Shown here one piece after another: positions 63,451-64,000 of a stretch of DNA of 64,000 nucleotides. Source of the stretch: Squalus acanthias. Its lineage: Eukaryota. Both the position numbers and the translations under genes were made by a program. The stretch lies in the NCBI GenBank assembly GCA_030390025.1, contig CM059432.1:74402001-74466000 (forward strand), given 5' to 3'. The stretch's first letter is position 1. Each line of letters opens with the position of its first letter. The notes under the pieces were generated by a model. The model made no database searches. It saw nothing but the letters and a program-made list of their open reading frames with translations, and was not told where the DNA came from.

Positions 63451-64000
63451 GTACTGGATCTGGATCATTCAACTGTGATTTGTTCCCACCTTGAGAGTCA
63501 CACGTTGTACTTATTGGTTTTAGAAAAAGCTTGCATTTTTCACAATTCTGTAAAATACAGTGATTTGTCTTCCCAATATATTCCTCTGCTCAGTTTAATC
63601 TCTGGTGATTATAGTGGAAAGATAACTAGCTATTGAATTGCAGCTACCTTGAAGCCCCTAATTAAGACCAGACAATACCTGTTATTTACTAAGATGTAAG
63701 GGGTGCTCTTGCTAATAATCCTCCCCTACTTTGCGATACCATAAACTAATTTAATAATGACTGACTTGTGAGTGACACACAAATTGTTAGTAAGAATGTA
63801 TCAATGGCAGAAATGTTTCATTAAGCAATAATAGTCACAGTGGGATGGATATTCAAGGCGATAATATGGGCAAAGCTAAATGCTAAGCCTGAGATAATAC
63901 TTGGCATATAGATATCCTGAGTGCACCTACCCTGCAGTGATTACTGCTTTCTGAAGCTGGTAGAAACACATCTTCCAAAAGCTTGGCCAGTGTATCAGAA

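Noticed and set aside
1..64000. CRISPR array, Fanzor/TnpB, rRNA, or retroviral gag-pol-env
   Set aside because: No regularly spaced direct repeats, RuvC-like motifs, rRNA-like sequence or integrase/protease motifs were seen.

Overview
Vertebrate genomic DNA that is almost entirely nested transposable elements. The repeat content (HE1-like V-SINE, Deu-domain SINEs, several CR1 and L2 LINE families, Penelope elements) points to a cartilaginous fish, probably a shark; this is inferred. No host protein-coding gene can be called with confidence. The window holds about a dozen CR1 fragments (two young, with nearly intact ORF2), several L2 fragments, six PIF/Harbinger elements plus their MITEs, and three Penelope-derived insertions. 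One Harbinger (16923-21207) is nearly intact, and one Penelope insertion carries minimal hammerhead ribozymes. The lead observation is a second LINE family, called family B here. After nested insertions are removed, one copy (35480-41447, minus strand) is a ~3.2 kb single-ORF EN-RT element that starts with a tRNA-like A-box/B-box head. The sense strands of all five family B copies are nearly free of TTTT, the Pol III terminator. This fits, but does not prove, an autonomous protein-coding LINE transcribed by RNA polymerase III. All coordinates were read by eye; boundaries of old repeats are approximate.
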